DNA of 63,539 nucleotides, from positions 1 through 63,539 of the forward strand of contig USMB01000003.1 of assembly GCA_900555615.1 (NCBI GenBank), given 5' to 3'. Positions 38,757 through 47,373 of the stretch are shown in pieces; position 1 is the first letter of the stretch, and every line of letters starts with the position of its first letter. The notes beneath the pieces are model-generated. The model was given only the letters and a program-made list of their open reading frames with translations, ran no database searches and was not told the origin of the DNA. The stretch is from an uncultured Clostridium sp. GTDB taxonomy: Bacteria; Bacillota; Clostridia; TANB77; CAG-508. Both the position numbers and the translations under genes were made by a program.

Positions 38757-39665
38757 CTATTTTACTTCTATTGTTTGATCTCCATCTTTTTCAATAATAT
38801 TTTGTTTTACTCCTAAATCTTCAATCCATTTTCTGGTTTCAAATGTTGTCCATGGACCTGTGTTTTCTCCCTCTCCATTATCATTATTCCAAATCCATTC
38901 TGGTGTTGGCCATAAACAGATTTCTGGTTTTATTGCCTGATATAAAGTCTCTTTTGCACCATTTTGTCCATGATGAGCTATTTGCAAAATATCTGCTTTT
39001 AATTTATCTTTTTGAGTATTTAACAATTTATCTCCACTTTTCGCACCAGTATCTCCTAAAAATAATATTGTCTTTTCTGGTAATGTCATTTTTAAAACCA
39101 TACTAGAATTATTAAACGCATCCTCAAATATTTCTGGATTCTTAACACCCAAAACTTCACAATTTACAAAATCTATATTTATTTTTTGATTTAATGTTAC
39201 TTCCTCAGTATTTTCCTTTATTCTTTCATTTTGTAAAGCTCTTTGAAAATCTTCTGCTTCATAAGCTCTCTCAGAAGCATACTTTTTATACCAATCTAAA
39301 TCATTCATAGTATAATATATTTTATCTATTGGAATATTGGTTTCTTCAACTATTTTTATAAAAGCTCCTGTATGATCATTATGAGGATGTGTAATAAACC
39401 ATACATCAACTTTTCCACCTAATGAATTTATATGTTTTATTAAATTTTCTTCGTCTTCACTTGTCCCACCATCTACAGCAATAACTTTACCTGTTGATGT
39501 TTTAATAATATATCCCATCATCTGTCTATGACTATTAGCTTGCAATTGTGCTAATGTAATTTCCTTAGTCTCTTTTTGAAGAATTACTGCATTTCCGATT
39601 CCTATTATCATAAATAATGTGCAAATAGAAATAATACATTCTATTAAATTATTTTTTAACTTCAT
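38757..39665 (-). CDS. membrane-anchored or secreted MBL-fold metallo-hydrolase (ComEC C-terminal-domain-like)
   Basis: N-terminal TM/signal anchor, HPHNDHTG zinc motif, and a later HHG motif. Confidence 0.7.
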   Translation of the reverse strand: MKLKNNLIECIISICTLFMIIGIGNAVILQKETKEITLAQLQANSHRQMMGYIIKTSTGKVIAVDGGTSEDEENLIKHINSLGGKVDVWFITHPHNDHTGAFIKIVEETNIPIDKIYYTMNDLDWYKKYASERAYEAEDFQRALQNERIKENTEEVTLNQKINIDFVNCEVLGVKNPEIFEDAFNNSSMVLKMTLPEKTILFLGDTGAKSGDKLLNTQKDKLKADILQIAHHGQNGAKETLYQAIKPEICLWPTPEWIWNNDNGEGENTGPWTTFETRKWIEDLGVKQNIIEKDGDQTIEVK

Positions 39666-39675
39666 CTTATCTTTC

Positions 39676-40668
39676 CTATCTTTTCTTCATTATTTTTAAA
39701 ACAAAATATCTTATATTAAATAATCCCCTTCCTAAAAATGGTAAATTCAATATAATAAAATTTAATATATAATAACTAAAAGTCTCATTTTTATATAATT
39801 TATGATATATATCCCATCCTCTAAAATTCCAATTTTTTTTGTTTTGCAACATTTCAAAATATTCTAATGCTTTTTTATTTTGCTCTTGCAATTCCTTTGG
39901 AAATTTATCATTATTTTCAACATATGTTCCAAAGACTCCTAATTTTACATTTATAAATAATTCTCTTACTTGGTCTAACTTTTTAAATTTATGTGATATC
40001 TTATCTGTACCTATCTGGTTATTACCATGTTGTCTATATTTTATATATTTTTCTGGCATGTATGCTAGTTTTCCTCTCAACGCTACCATTAGTGCCATCC
40101 AATAATCATGTGGTACAAATTTTGAATTACTTGGTACTGGTAATATATCTTTTATAAATTTCTTTTTAGAAAGAATTGTACAACCCGTAACACAATTATA
40201 TAAATAATTTACTTGATAACTATCTATATATTTATTGATTTTTCTATTTAATAACATAAAGTCTCCAAATGATGGATATATTGTTTTTAGATTTTCATCC
40301 ACAACCTCTAAGTCTCCAAATACTAAATCAGCATTTTTTTCTTTTAGTGTCTGCATTGATTTTTCTATTTTTTCAGGAAGCCATACATCATCTTGATCTG
40401 ATAACATATAATAGTCGCTTTCTACCTTTTCTAATAAGAATTCAAAATTTTTTATATATCCTAAATTCTGTTCTTGAATGTAAACAGTTATCCTATCATC
40501 TTTTTCTTTATATTCTTTTAAAATTTTTTGAGTCTCATCTTTTGAGCAGTCATCAGATATTATTAAATGTATGTTTTGATATGTCTGATTTAGTATACTA
40601 TCTATTTGCTCTTTTAAATACTTTTCACCATTATATGTTGCTAAGAGAACATCTATTTTTTCTTTCAT
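39676..40668 (-). CDS. GT2 glycosyltransferase (RgpB/rhamnosyltransferase-like subfamily)
   Basis: LLATYNGEKYLKEQIDSILNQ, DDCSKD and SDQDDVW. The ATG at 40668 follows a GGAGG SD; the ORF-track TTG at 40680 lies inside that SD. Confidence 0.75.
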   Translation of the reverse strand: MKEKIDVLLATYNGEKYLKEQIDSILNQTYQNIHLIISDDCSKDETQKILKEYKEKDDRITVYIQEQNLGYIKNFEFLLEKVESDYYMLSDQDDVWLPEKIEKSMQTLKEKNADLVFGDLEVVDENLKTIYPSFGDFMLLNRKINKYIDSYQVNYLYNCVTGCTILSKKKFIKDILPVPSNSKFVPHDYWMALMVALRGKLAYMPEKYIKYRQHGNNQIGTDKISHKFKKLDQVRELFINVKLGVFGTYVENNDKFPKELQEQNKKALEYFEMLQNKKNWNFRGWDIYHKLYKNETFSYYILNFIILNLPFLGRGLFNIRYFVLKIMKKR

Positions 40669-40680
40669 ATTTTCCTCCAA

Positions 40681-41472
40681 TTATAGTACATCTGCAAAGT
40701 CCTTTTTATTTTTGTTAAATACATGATTTCCCCATAAAAACATAATAACTGTTATTATCCAAAATATTATTGTATAAATTCCATATCCTTCTGTAATAAT
40801 ATTTCCGCCCATAAATACATCTCTAATTGCTGTAACTAAATATGTAAATGGTAAACATTTCATAAACATTGATATTGTGTGATGTCCTGCTATCATTCCT
40901 AATCCCCAAACAACAGGTGTAACCCACATGCAAATTTGCATTATTATTGATAGTAAATTAGAAAAATCTGGTACTAATGTTGTAACTGCTGAAGTAAATC
41001 TTGTCAATGCAATTACAAAAATATATGCCGCAATTATTACATATAAAAGAAATAGTACATTTGGAATATATCCACATATAACACACACTATTGTTGCTAT
41101 TAAAAATAAAAATAATGATACTACACTATTTCCAACAATTGAAATCATAGGAATTACATCTACTGGAAATACTACTTTTTTTACCAAATATGCATATGAA
41201 CGTATAGAACCGCTTGCCCCCATTATGTTATCATTTAAACACATCCACATTGCCATTCCTGGTAGAAACCATACAACATATGGAGAATTTCCTTCTCCTT
41301 TTGTATTAAAAATAAATTGAAATACTATTACATACATCATCATAAATACAAATGGTTGTAAAAATCCCCAAACGCTTCCAAGGCTTGTACTTGCAAATCT
41401 ATTTTTAAAATCATTTTTTCCTAATCTTAATATTAATTTTCTATTATTTATTACTTGTTTTATAAATTCCAT
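40681..41472 (-). CDS. polysaccharide ABC exporter permease (Wzm/TagG-like, ABC-2 type)
   Basis: 263 aa, six TM helices, and an N-terminal LGKNDFKNRFASTSLGSVWGFLQP motif typical of ABC-2 permeases. Confidence 0.8.
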   Translation of the reverse strand: MEFIKQVINNRKLILRLGKNDFKNRFASTSLGSVWGFLQPFVFMMMYVIVFQFIFNTKGEGNSPYVVWFLPGMAMWMCLNDNIMGASGSIRSYAYLVKKVVFPVDVIPMISIVGNSVVSLFLFLIATIVCVICGYIPNVLFLLYVIIAAYIFVIALTRFTSAVTTLVPDFSNLLSIIMQICMWVTPVVWGLGMIAGHHTISMFMKCLPFTYLVTAIRDVFMGGNIITEGYGIYTIIFWIITVIMFLWGNHVFNKNKKDFADVL

Positions 41473-41550
41473 AATTCCTCCGTATTGTTAATATTTGCTT
41501 TTGTTATTCTACTATATTATAAAAAAAAAATCAACTCTAAATCTCTTTAT

Positions 41551-42528
41551 TTATCGTTTAAATTTCAAATATGCAATGCCAGGAAAATGAAATAAAAATA
41601 TTTCTTTTACCATCTTTTTTAATTGATTTTTTCCAGCTAATATTTGAAAATATTTTTTTATATCAAAATCAACTACTGTTTCCTTTAATATTTTCTCATA
41701 ATATTTTTCACATTCTTCTATAAATCTTTTATCTTCCTCTGTTTCTGCATAATCATAGCACATCTTTACTCCACCTAAATATGCTCTATCTATTGCATCT
41801 TTTCTGTATTTCAAAAAAGAGTCATAACTATTCCCATTATTATTTTTCCATCTAGAAATATTCTGTGATAAACTCCTTCCTCCAAACACATTAGTGCCAT
41901 GTAATCTATAGTCAAAAAGAGGTTCTTTTATATAACTTATTCCTTTTCCTTCATTTGCTATAAATGCTGCTAGCCAATCATGTGCAATAACACTTTCTTT
42001 AAATGGTATCATTTTATCTCTAACATATTTTGTTATAATTTGTGAACATCCTATTCCTACACATCTTGAAATAGCCAATTTATCTTTTCCTTTTATTAGT
42101 GGTACATTTTTATATTTAAAATAATCATCATGTAATACAATTCCGTTTTCATCTATCTGTCTGCAGTTGCAATATACCATATCTACATTTGCTTGCTTTA
42201 ATTCTTTTAAACTTTTTTCTACTTTGTCTTTATTCCAAACATCATCATGATCTGAAAACATAATATAATTAGCTTTTGATTCTTTTAGTAAAAATTCAAA
42301 ATTCTTATTATAACCTAAATTTTTAGGTTGAATATATAATTTTATTCTTTCATCACTTTCAGCATATTTTTTTAATATTGTACCAATATTATTATCCGTA
42401 GAATGGTCGTCACTAATATATATATTTATATTTTTATATGTTTGCCTCAATATACTTTCTATCTGCTTTCTCAAATATTTTTCATTTGTATTATACGTTG
42501 TGACTAATATATCAACTAATTTTTCCAT
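41551..42528 (-). CDS. GT2 glycosyltransferase (RgpB-like subfamily), first gene of the locus
   Basis: LVTTYNTNEKYLRKQIESILRQ, DDHSTD and SDHDDVW. AAGGAAAG SD present. Confidence 0.75.
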   Translation of the reverse strand: MEKLVDILVTTYNTNEKYLRKQIESILRQTYKNINIYISDDHSTDNNIGTILKKYAESDERIKLYIQPKNLGYNKNFEFLLKESKANYIMFSDHDDVWNKDKVEKSLKELKQANVDMVYCNCRQIDENGIVLHDDYFKYKNVPLIKGKDKLAISRCVGIGCSQIITKYVRDKMIPFKESVIAHDWLAAFIANEGKGISYIKEPLFDYRLHGTNVFGGRSLSQNISRWKNNNGNSYDSFLKYRKDAIDRAYLGGVKMCYDYAETEEDKRFIEECEKYYEKILKETVVDFDIKKYFQILAGKNQLKKMVKEIFLFHFPGIAYLKFKR

Positions 42529-42562
42529 ATTTTTCTTTCCTTTTTTCCTAAAATCTAGTCAC

Positions 42563-42591
42563 ATTATACTCATTTTTGACTTTTTTGTCAA
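42563..42591 (-). promoter_or_regulatory. consensus sigma-A promoter of the glycopolymer operon
   Basis: Minus strand reads TTGACA (42591-42586), 17 nt, then TATAAT (42568-42563). Confidence 0.6.
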
Positions 42592-42604
42592 TTTGTAGTA
42601 TAAT
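42576..42604 (+). promoter_or_regulatory. near-consensus sigma-A promoter of the GC-rich orphan gene
   Basis: Plus strand reads TTGACT (42576-42581), 17 nt, then TATAAT (42599-42604). It is interleaved with the divergent promoter. Confidence 0.6.
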
Positions 42605-42655
42605 ATATGTATGCAGGCAAAATACCTGTAAATATATATTAAAGAGGTAATTCGT

Positions 42656-43054
42656 ATGTTTTCTCTCAAGAACAAGCAACATGACCAACATAGTGATGTC
42701 TACATGTTCAGCTCGGACGGTATGTCCATGATTCATAATTTAAAAGCTGAACAAGCTTGGGAAAAACGTGAAGACCTTTTGAAGGCTCGTCGTAGCAAAT
42801 ATGTTGCAAGTCATGAAGACTTTGCAAAATTTCGTGAAAGACATCAGTCTTCTACTCCAACTCCTCCTCCTGCAAGTGTTTTTAACGGAACCACTGACCT
42901 AAAGGTTGCAAAACCTGTGGAAAGTGAGTACTACAAGAACCTTTACCAGGAGGTTCAAAAAAGATGGAACCAGGATTTGCAAGAAGCTTTGGAAAAATCA
43001 CGATTGCCCGAAGGGCATCCTCTTCGTTTGACTATAACGGTAGAGAAGCTCTAA
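42656..43054 (+). CDS. hypothetical soluble 132-aa protein, compositional outlier
   Basis: An AAAGAGG SD lies 8 nt upstream of the ATG. The ORF is intact across a region of about 41% GC (hand count), with codon usage unlike its neighbours. Two helical charged halves are joined by STPTPPPAS. No motif recognised. Confidence 0.6.
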   Translation: MFSLKNKQHDQHSDVYMFSSDGMSMIHNLKAEQAWEKREDLLKARRSKYVASHEDFAKFRERHQSSTPTPPPASVFNGTTDLKVAKPVESEYYKNLYQEVQKRWNQDLQEALEKSRLPEGHPLRLTITVEKL

Positions 43055-43071
43055 AGCTTAACCTCTAGCAT

Positions 43072-43110
43072 AAGAGACCAGTGAATGTACACTAACATTA
43101 CTGGTCTCTT
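43072..43110. terminator. hairpin shared by the convergent orphan gene and recO
   Basis: 11-bp stem AAGAGACCAGT (43072-43082) / ACTGGTCTCTT (43100-43110) with a 17-nt loop. A T-rich tract follows on the plus strand only. The 3' arm overlaps the recO stop codon. Confidence 0.55.
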
Positions 43111-43825
43111 ATATTTTATATTCTTTTTCTAATTTTTCATTAAAATACAACTTTGTTATTATTTTTAGTTCATTTAAAGATTCATCTTTTAAATTAAATG
43201 AGTACAATTTCTTTGCTGGCGCCATAACTATATATTTTATTGCATTTGCAGTACTTTCACTCATTTGCAAGCAACTCTTATCTTGTCTACTGCAAGTCTC
43301 ACATTTAAAACCATTATCTTTTAAACTAAAATATTTTAATTCTTCTTTTTGTTTACAATTTGTACACTCATTTATTCTAGGTGTAAAACCTAAAAAGCAT
43401 AATAATTTTAACTTAAAAATACTCATTATTAATTCTGGATTTTTATCAGTTTCCGACAATGTATATAATGTATTCAAAAACAATTGTAATATTTTATAAC
43501 AATTCTCATTTTCATCTGTTACATCTCTTATAATCTTCGTAATTTCTACTGCATAATTTAGCTTGTCCAAATCTGTTCTCAAATTATAAAAAACTTCAAT
43601 AGTTTCACATGAGTTTATATTATATGTATTTGCCCCTTTATACATTAAATATTCTCCAAAACATAAAAACTGTGTTCCTGCAAGTAAGGCGCTTTTTTGT
43701 CTTCTAGCGCCTTTTGCAACACATGATATTTTACCTAATCCAGGTGTTAACATTGTTAACATTTTATCATAATCTCCTAAATTATTTTCAGAAATTATTA
43801 TTCCACTCATTTTTATCGTTCCCAT
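43109..43825 (-). CDS. recO: DNA repair protein RecO
   Basis: OB-fold N-terminus, a CxxC..CxxC zinc motif (CTNCKQ..CETCS), and the position downstream of era-yqzL. GGAGG SD present. Confidence 0.85.
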   Translation of the reverse strand: MGTIKMSGIIISENNLGDYDKMLTMLTPGLGKISCVAKGARRQKSALLAGTQFLCFGEYLMYKGANTYNINSCETIEVFYNLRTDLDKLNYAVEITKIIRDVTDENENCYKILQLFLNTLYTLSETDKNPELIMSIFKLKLLCFLGFTPRINECTNCKQKEELKYFSLKDNGFKCETCSRQDKSCLQMSESTANAIKYIVMAPAKKLYSFNLKDESLNELKIITKLYFNEKLEKEYKI

Positions 43826-43955
43826 TTTGTTCCTCCATAGGTTGCTTTATTTGTAATTCTATTTGTTCTTCTACATTTTGTATTTGTTTTAATTCTAAAA
43901 ATGTATTTACATCTCCTGTATTTTTAAAGGTATTCCATGCCATCTTTTTAATCAT
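43788..43955 (-). CDS. yqzL: YqzL-family small protein
   Basis: Not in the ORF track. Product: MIKKMAWNTFKNTGDVNTFLELKQIQNVEEQ.. (55 aa). An AGAGGAAG SD is present. It lies between era and recO as in Bacillus, and its 3' end overlaps the recO start by 38 nt. Confidence 0.6.
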   Translation of the reverse strand: MIKKMAWNTFKNTGDVNTFLELKQIQNVEEQIELQIKQPMEEQNGNDKNEWNNNF

Positions 43956-44011
43956 AAGCTCACTTCCTCTAACTCTATCTTTCGCAATTCATATACAAAT
44001 TATGCAATAAA

Positions 44012-44914
44012 TTATTGCAATTTGAATTTCTTTACAATTGAAGTATCATCTTGCCAATCTTCTTTTACTTTTACCCAAGTCTTTAAATTGACTTTTGTTC
44101 CAAAATTCTCTTCCATATCAATTCTTGCTGCCTGACCTATACGTTTTAACATATTACCATCTTTTCCGATAATAATTCCTTTATGAGAATTTCTTAAACA
44201 ATAAATAGTAGCTTCTATATCATATAAATCCTCACCTTTTTGATTTTTTCTAAATTTCATTTTTTCTACTTCTACATATATTCCATGTGGTACTTCATCT
44301 TGTAAAAATTTTAAAGCTTTTTCTCTAATTGTTTCTTCTGCAAGCTGTCTTAAAGTCTGATCTGTATACTCCTCTTTATCATAATATGCAGGACCAGGTT
44401 TTAAGTTCTTTTCTATTTCATCCAAAATAATATCTCTATATTTACTCTGTAAAGAAGATATTGGGATAACAGCCTCAAAATCATACTCATTTTTATATAG
44501 ATTAATTAAGTTTAAAAGTTCCTCTTTCTTTACTAAATCAATTTTATTAATAATTAGTATTGTTTTTTTATGAGATTCTTTTATTTTTTCTAGAATTCTC
44601 ATATCCCCTCTACCAATTTCTTTACTTGTTGCTTCTATTACAAATAATATTAAATCAATTTCATTAATTACTCCAAAAGAAGTCTCTATCATAGTCTCAT
44701 TTAGTTTGGTTTTTGGTTTATGAATTCCTGGAGTATCTATAAATATAATTTGAGAATTTTCTCTATTCACTATTCCTTTTATTGCTGTTCTTGTCGTTTG
44801 TACTTTATTTGCTGTTGCAGCAACTTTTTCCCCAACTAATAAATTTACCAATGTAGATTTTCCAACATTAGTTCTTCCTAACATTGCTACAAAACCTGAT
44901 TTAAATTCTGCCAT
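44012..44914 (-). CDS. era: GTPase Era
   Basis: G1 GRTNVGKST, G3 DTPG, G4 NKID, and a C-terminal KH domain. Confidence 0.9.
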   Translation of the reverse strand: MAEFKSGFVAMLGRTNVGKSTLVNLLVGEKVAATANKVQTTRTAIKGIVNRENSQIIFIDTPGIHKPKTKLNETMIETSFGVINEIDLILFVIEATSKEIGRGDMRILEKIKESHKKTILIINKIDLVKKEELLNLINLYKNEYDFEAVIPISSLQSKYRDIILDEIEKNLKPGPAYYDKEEYTDQTLRQLAEETIREKALKFLQDEVPHGIYVEVEKMKFRKNQKGEDLYDIEATIYCLRNSHKGIIIGKDGNMLKRIGQAARIDMEENFGTKVNLKTWVKVKEDWQDDTSIVKKFKLQ

Positions 44915-44916
44915 TT

Positions 44917-47244
44917 CTATTCCTCACTAACTTTCTTTTTTTCTTCCTCATCCTCAAATTCTTTAACATCATATTCTAACACATTAATAGTCTTTATAAT
45001 CAATTTTGATGAATCATCTTTTTCATCTTCAAGCATTCCAACTCTAATAACCTTCTTACTTTGAAGTGAAATATCCGTATCTAATATTTTTACAAGTACT
45101 CTTGAGTCCTTGTCCATTCCAATAGGCAAAGTCTTATTCTGATTATCAAAATATACACAATTTGAAAAAGCTACGCATTTTATTCCTTTTTCTAGATTCA
45201 TTTTATAAAAATTTACTTTTCCACTTTCAGAACTCATTAATGCATTTTCTACTTCTTTCTCTGCATTTAAATTAAATATATTAAATTCATTTGTATCTAT
45301 ATTTTCACTTTCTTCAACCCATTTATAAGCTGGAATATTTTGAGTTATTTGATTTTTATTAATAGCTGTTTTAATTAAATTTATTTTATTTTCTAATGTA
45401 GCCCTATACTCAGCAGTTTTCATTGTCTTAGAAATTCTTAAAATAGAATATTTATTTTTTGGTTGTTCTCTATGTGATTTATTGGCCAATTTAGTAACTT
45501 TTCTCGTATCTTCACTTAACCCTCCAAAAATATCTATTGCATCTTCCTCTGTTACATCTTTTTCTTCTTGTAATTCCTTCTTAATCTTTTTTAGATATTG
45601 CTCCATTTCTTTTCCTTGGATTGAATTGGTCTTTAATTTATTCATCGTTTCTAATTGATCTGTTGTTGTTAAATATATAGCATCTAATTCTTCTTTATTA
45701 AATACTTTTCTTTGAATTTTATCCATACTTTCACCAAATTCTTCAAAGTCTTCTTCAAAGTCAAATATCTGTGAATGTGGCTTTACATTTATTATTTCTT
45801 CTTCCCCTTCTTCTAAAGCTTGTACTTCATCTTTATTACTATATTTCCAAAATTCAAAGATACTTTTTTTATGGCTATCTATTTCTTCGATGAATGCTGT
45901 TGCATTTTCTATCTTTTTTATTAAATTTACATTTTTTAATTTTAATGCATTAATATCCATTTTGCTATTTTTTAAATCATTTTCTTTTTCATTTGCCCTT
46001 TTTCCTTTTTCTACTACTTCATCTAATGTATATTGTGTTTTTAAATCTTCGTCTATTTCCTCTATCTTAGTTTTTTCTTCTTTACTTTCTTTTGCTTTAG
46101 GCAATTTTTCCTCTGTTTTTTTAGATTTTTTTCCACTATATTTGAAAAAATATTTTACTTTTCCAAAAAATGTTTTTTTACATTCTAAAAATGTAGAAAT
46201 CTGTTTTTCTTTGCTTAAATACTCCACTTCTAAGTTTTCTGTTTGTTCTTTTAATTTCTTTAATCTCGCTTGTAAATTATTATTTTCTTTTACACAATCT
46301 ATCTCTATTTTTAATAATCTTTTATATTCATCATTAATCCAATCTGCTAGATCATCATACTCTAGAACTTCATCTTCATAGTAAAATTGCAAACTTCCTT
46401 GTTTATCTATTTGAGTTTTAAATTTATAATATGTTGGTAATTCTGATTGCAAAATAAACAATGCTTTAACCAACTTAAAAAACTTAGTTGCTTCTATTTT
46501 ATTTGATAATTTTACTTTATATTGTGATTTTATTTTTCCATATACTTCTGTCTCTCCAATAATTTGTAAACTAACTTTTTCTGTTTTATCATATACTTCA
46601 TATATTGAAGGCCAGTCTTTTGTAAATAGCCACAAATAATTTTCTAAGCTTTGGATTTCTGTTTTGTTTAATAATTCTCTGCTATAATCAACATTACTAA
46701 TTGGTACAAAAACTTTTCCCGCTTTCTTTTTCTCAATTTGCTTTTTTAAAACATAAAAAAATGTTGAATAATCTTTATCTTCTGTTGGAACTATCATAAA
46801 ATATTTGTCATTTTCTTCTGAATAATATATTTGCCACAAATAATTTCCTGAATATCTTACTTTAAATGGAATTTTTTTATTAATTTGTTGTTGCTCTTGT
46901 TCTATTTTTTCTATATCTGATATTTTTACTTCATCTAGCATTCGTAAAAATGTTTCATGTTTTTCTTGATTTTCTTCATTTTTTGAATCTAAATAATCTG
47001 CCAATGGACTTGCTTGTAAATATTTATCTTTAATATCGTCTAATCTATTGGTTGGTGATAATAATATTTCTAACTCTTTTGGTGAAATAAATCTATACTG
47101 TCTATATTTTTTTTCATCAAAACCTACATTTGGTTTAAAATGCATATCTTCAACTAATTTTAATGTCTCTGGAATTGCTTTTAAATCTAGTCCTATGTAT
47201 TCTAATTTTTTGTTTATCTCTTGTGTCTTATTTTTCTTTTCCAA
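44917..47244 (-). CDS. large hypothetical protein (about 775 aa), K/E-rich with a central coiled coil, no TM
   Basis: Long intact ORF whose stop lies 2 nt before the era ATG. The TTGATA-17-TAAAAT promoter places the TSS near 47272, so I prefer the TTG at 47244 (GAGGAGAG SD 6 nt upstream) over the TTG at 47274. Confidence 0.6.
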   Translation of the reverse strand: MEKKNKTQEINKKLEYIGLDLKAIPETLKLVEDMHFKPNVGFDEKKYRQYRFISPKELEILLSPTNRLDDIKDKYLQASPLADYLDSKNEENQEKHETFLRMLDEVKISDIEKIEQEQQQINKKIPFKVRYSGNYLWQIYYSEENDKYFMIVPTEDKDYSTFFYVLKKQIEKKKAGKVFVPISNVDYSRELLNKTEIQSLENYLWLFTKDWPSIYEVYDKTEKVSLQIIGETEVYGKIKSQYKVKLSNKIEATKFFKLVKALFILQSELPTYYKFKTQIDKQGSLQFYYEDEVLEYDDLADWINDEYKRLLKIEIDCVKENNNLQARLKKLKEQTENLEVEYLSKEKQISTFLECKKTFFGKVKYFFKYSGKKSKKTEEKLPKAKESKEEKTKIEEIDEDLKTQYTLDEVVEKGKRANEKENDLKNSKMDINALKLKNVNLIKKIENATAFIEEIDSHKKSIFEFWKYSNKDEVQALEEGEEEIINVKPHSQIFDFEEDFEEFGESMDKIQRKVFNKEELDAIYLTTTDQLETMNKLKTNSIQGKEMEQYLKKIKKELQEEKDVTEEDAIDIFGGLSEDTRKVTKLANKSHREQPKNKYSILRISKTMKTAEYRATLENKINLIKTAINKNQITQNIPAYKWVEESENIDTNEFNIFNLNAEKEVENALMSSESGKVNFYKMNLEKGIKCVAFSNCVYFDNQNKTLPIGMDKDSRVLVKILDTDISLQSKKVIRVGMLEDEKDDSSKLIIKTINVLEYDVKEFEDEEEKKKVSEE

Positions 47245-47279
47245 AACAGTCTCTCCTCTCAATCCTTTCTTCAAAATAT

Positions 47280-47308
47280 ATTTTACTATGCTTATCTAAA
47301 AATATCAA
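47280..47308 (-). promoter_or_regulatory. sigma-A type promoter of the orphan-era-yqzL-recO operon
   Basis: Minus strand reads TTGATA (47308-47303), 17 nt, then TAAAAT (47285-47280). Confidence 0.45.
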
Positions 47309-47341
47309 GATTTTTATTGGGAATTTTAAATAAATTTTCAT

Positions 47342-47367
47342 AAAAAAAAGAACTCTTTCGAGTTCTT
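47342..47367 (-). terminator. rho-independent terminator after the tRNA
   Basis: Minus strand reads AAGAACTC-GAAA-GAGTTCTT followed by TTTTTTT. Confidence 0.75.
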
Positions 47368-47373
47368 TCTTAT

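Noticed and set aside
42548-42736. 62-aa minus-strand ORF from the track
   Set aside because: It spans the divergent promoter region and runs antisense to the start of the GC-rich gene. It has no SD, and its product looks like an implausible shadow reading.
42605-43115. The GC-rich island could be a large structured ncRNA (RNase P RNA, tmRNA, SRP RNA or a large ornate RNA) rather than a gene
   Set aside because: I found none of the expected signatures: no RNase P CR-I (GGAAAGTCC), no tmRNA ends (a 5' GGGG.. paired with a 3' ..CCACCA plus a T-loop), and no SRP domain IV motif. Local hairpins exist (AGGTT-GCAA-AACCT at 42903-42916, TGCCC-GAA-GGGCA at 43005-43017). However, a 132-codon open frame with an SD at the ideal distance and purine-rich first codon positions is more simply explained as coding. 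This still needs a covariance-model scan.
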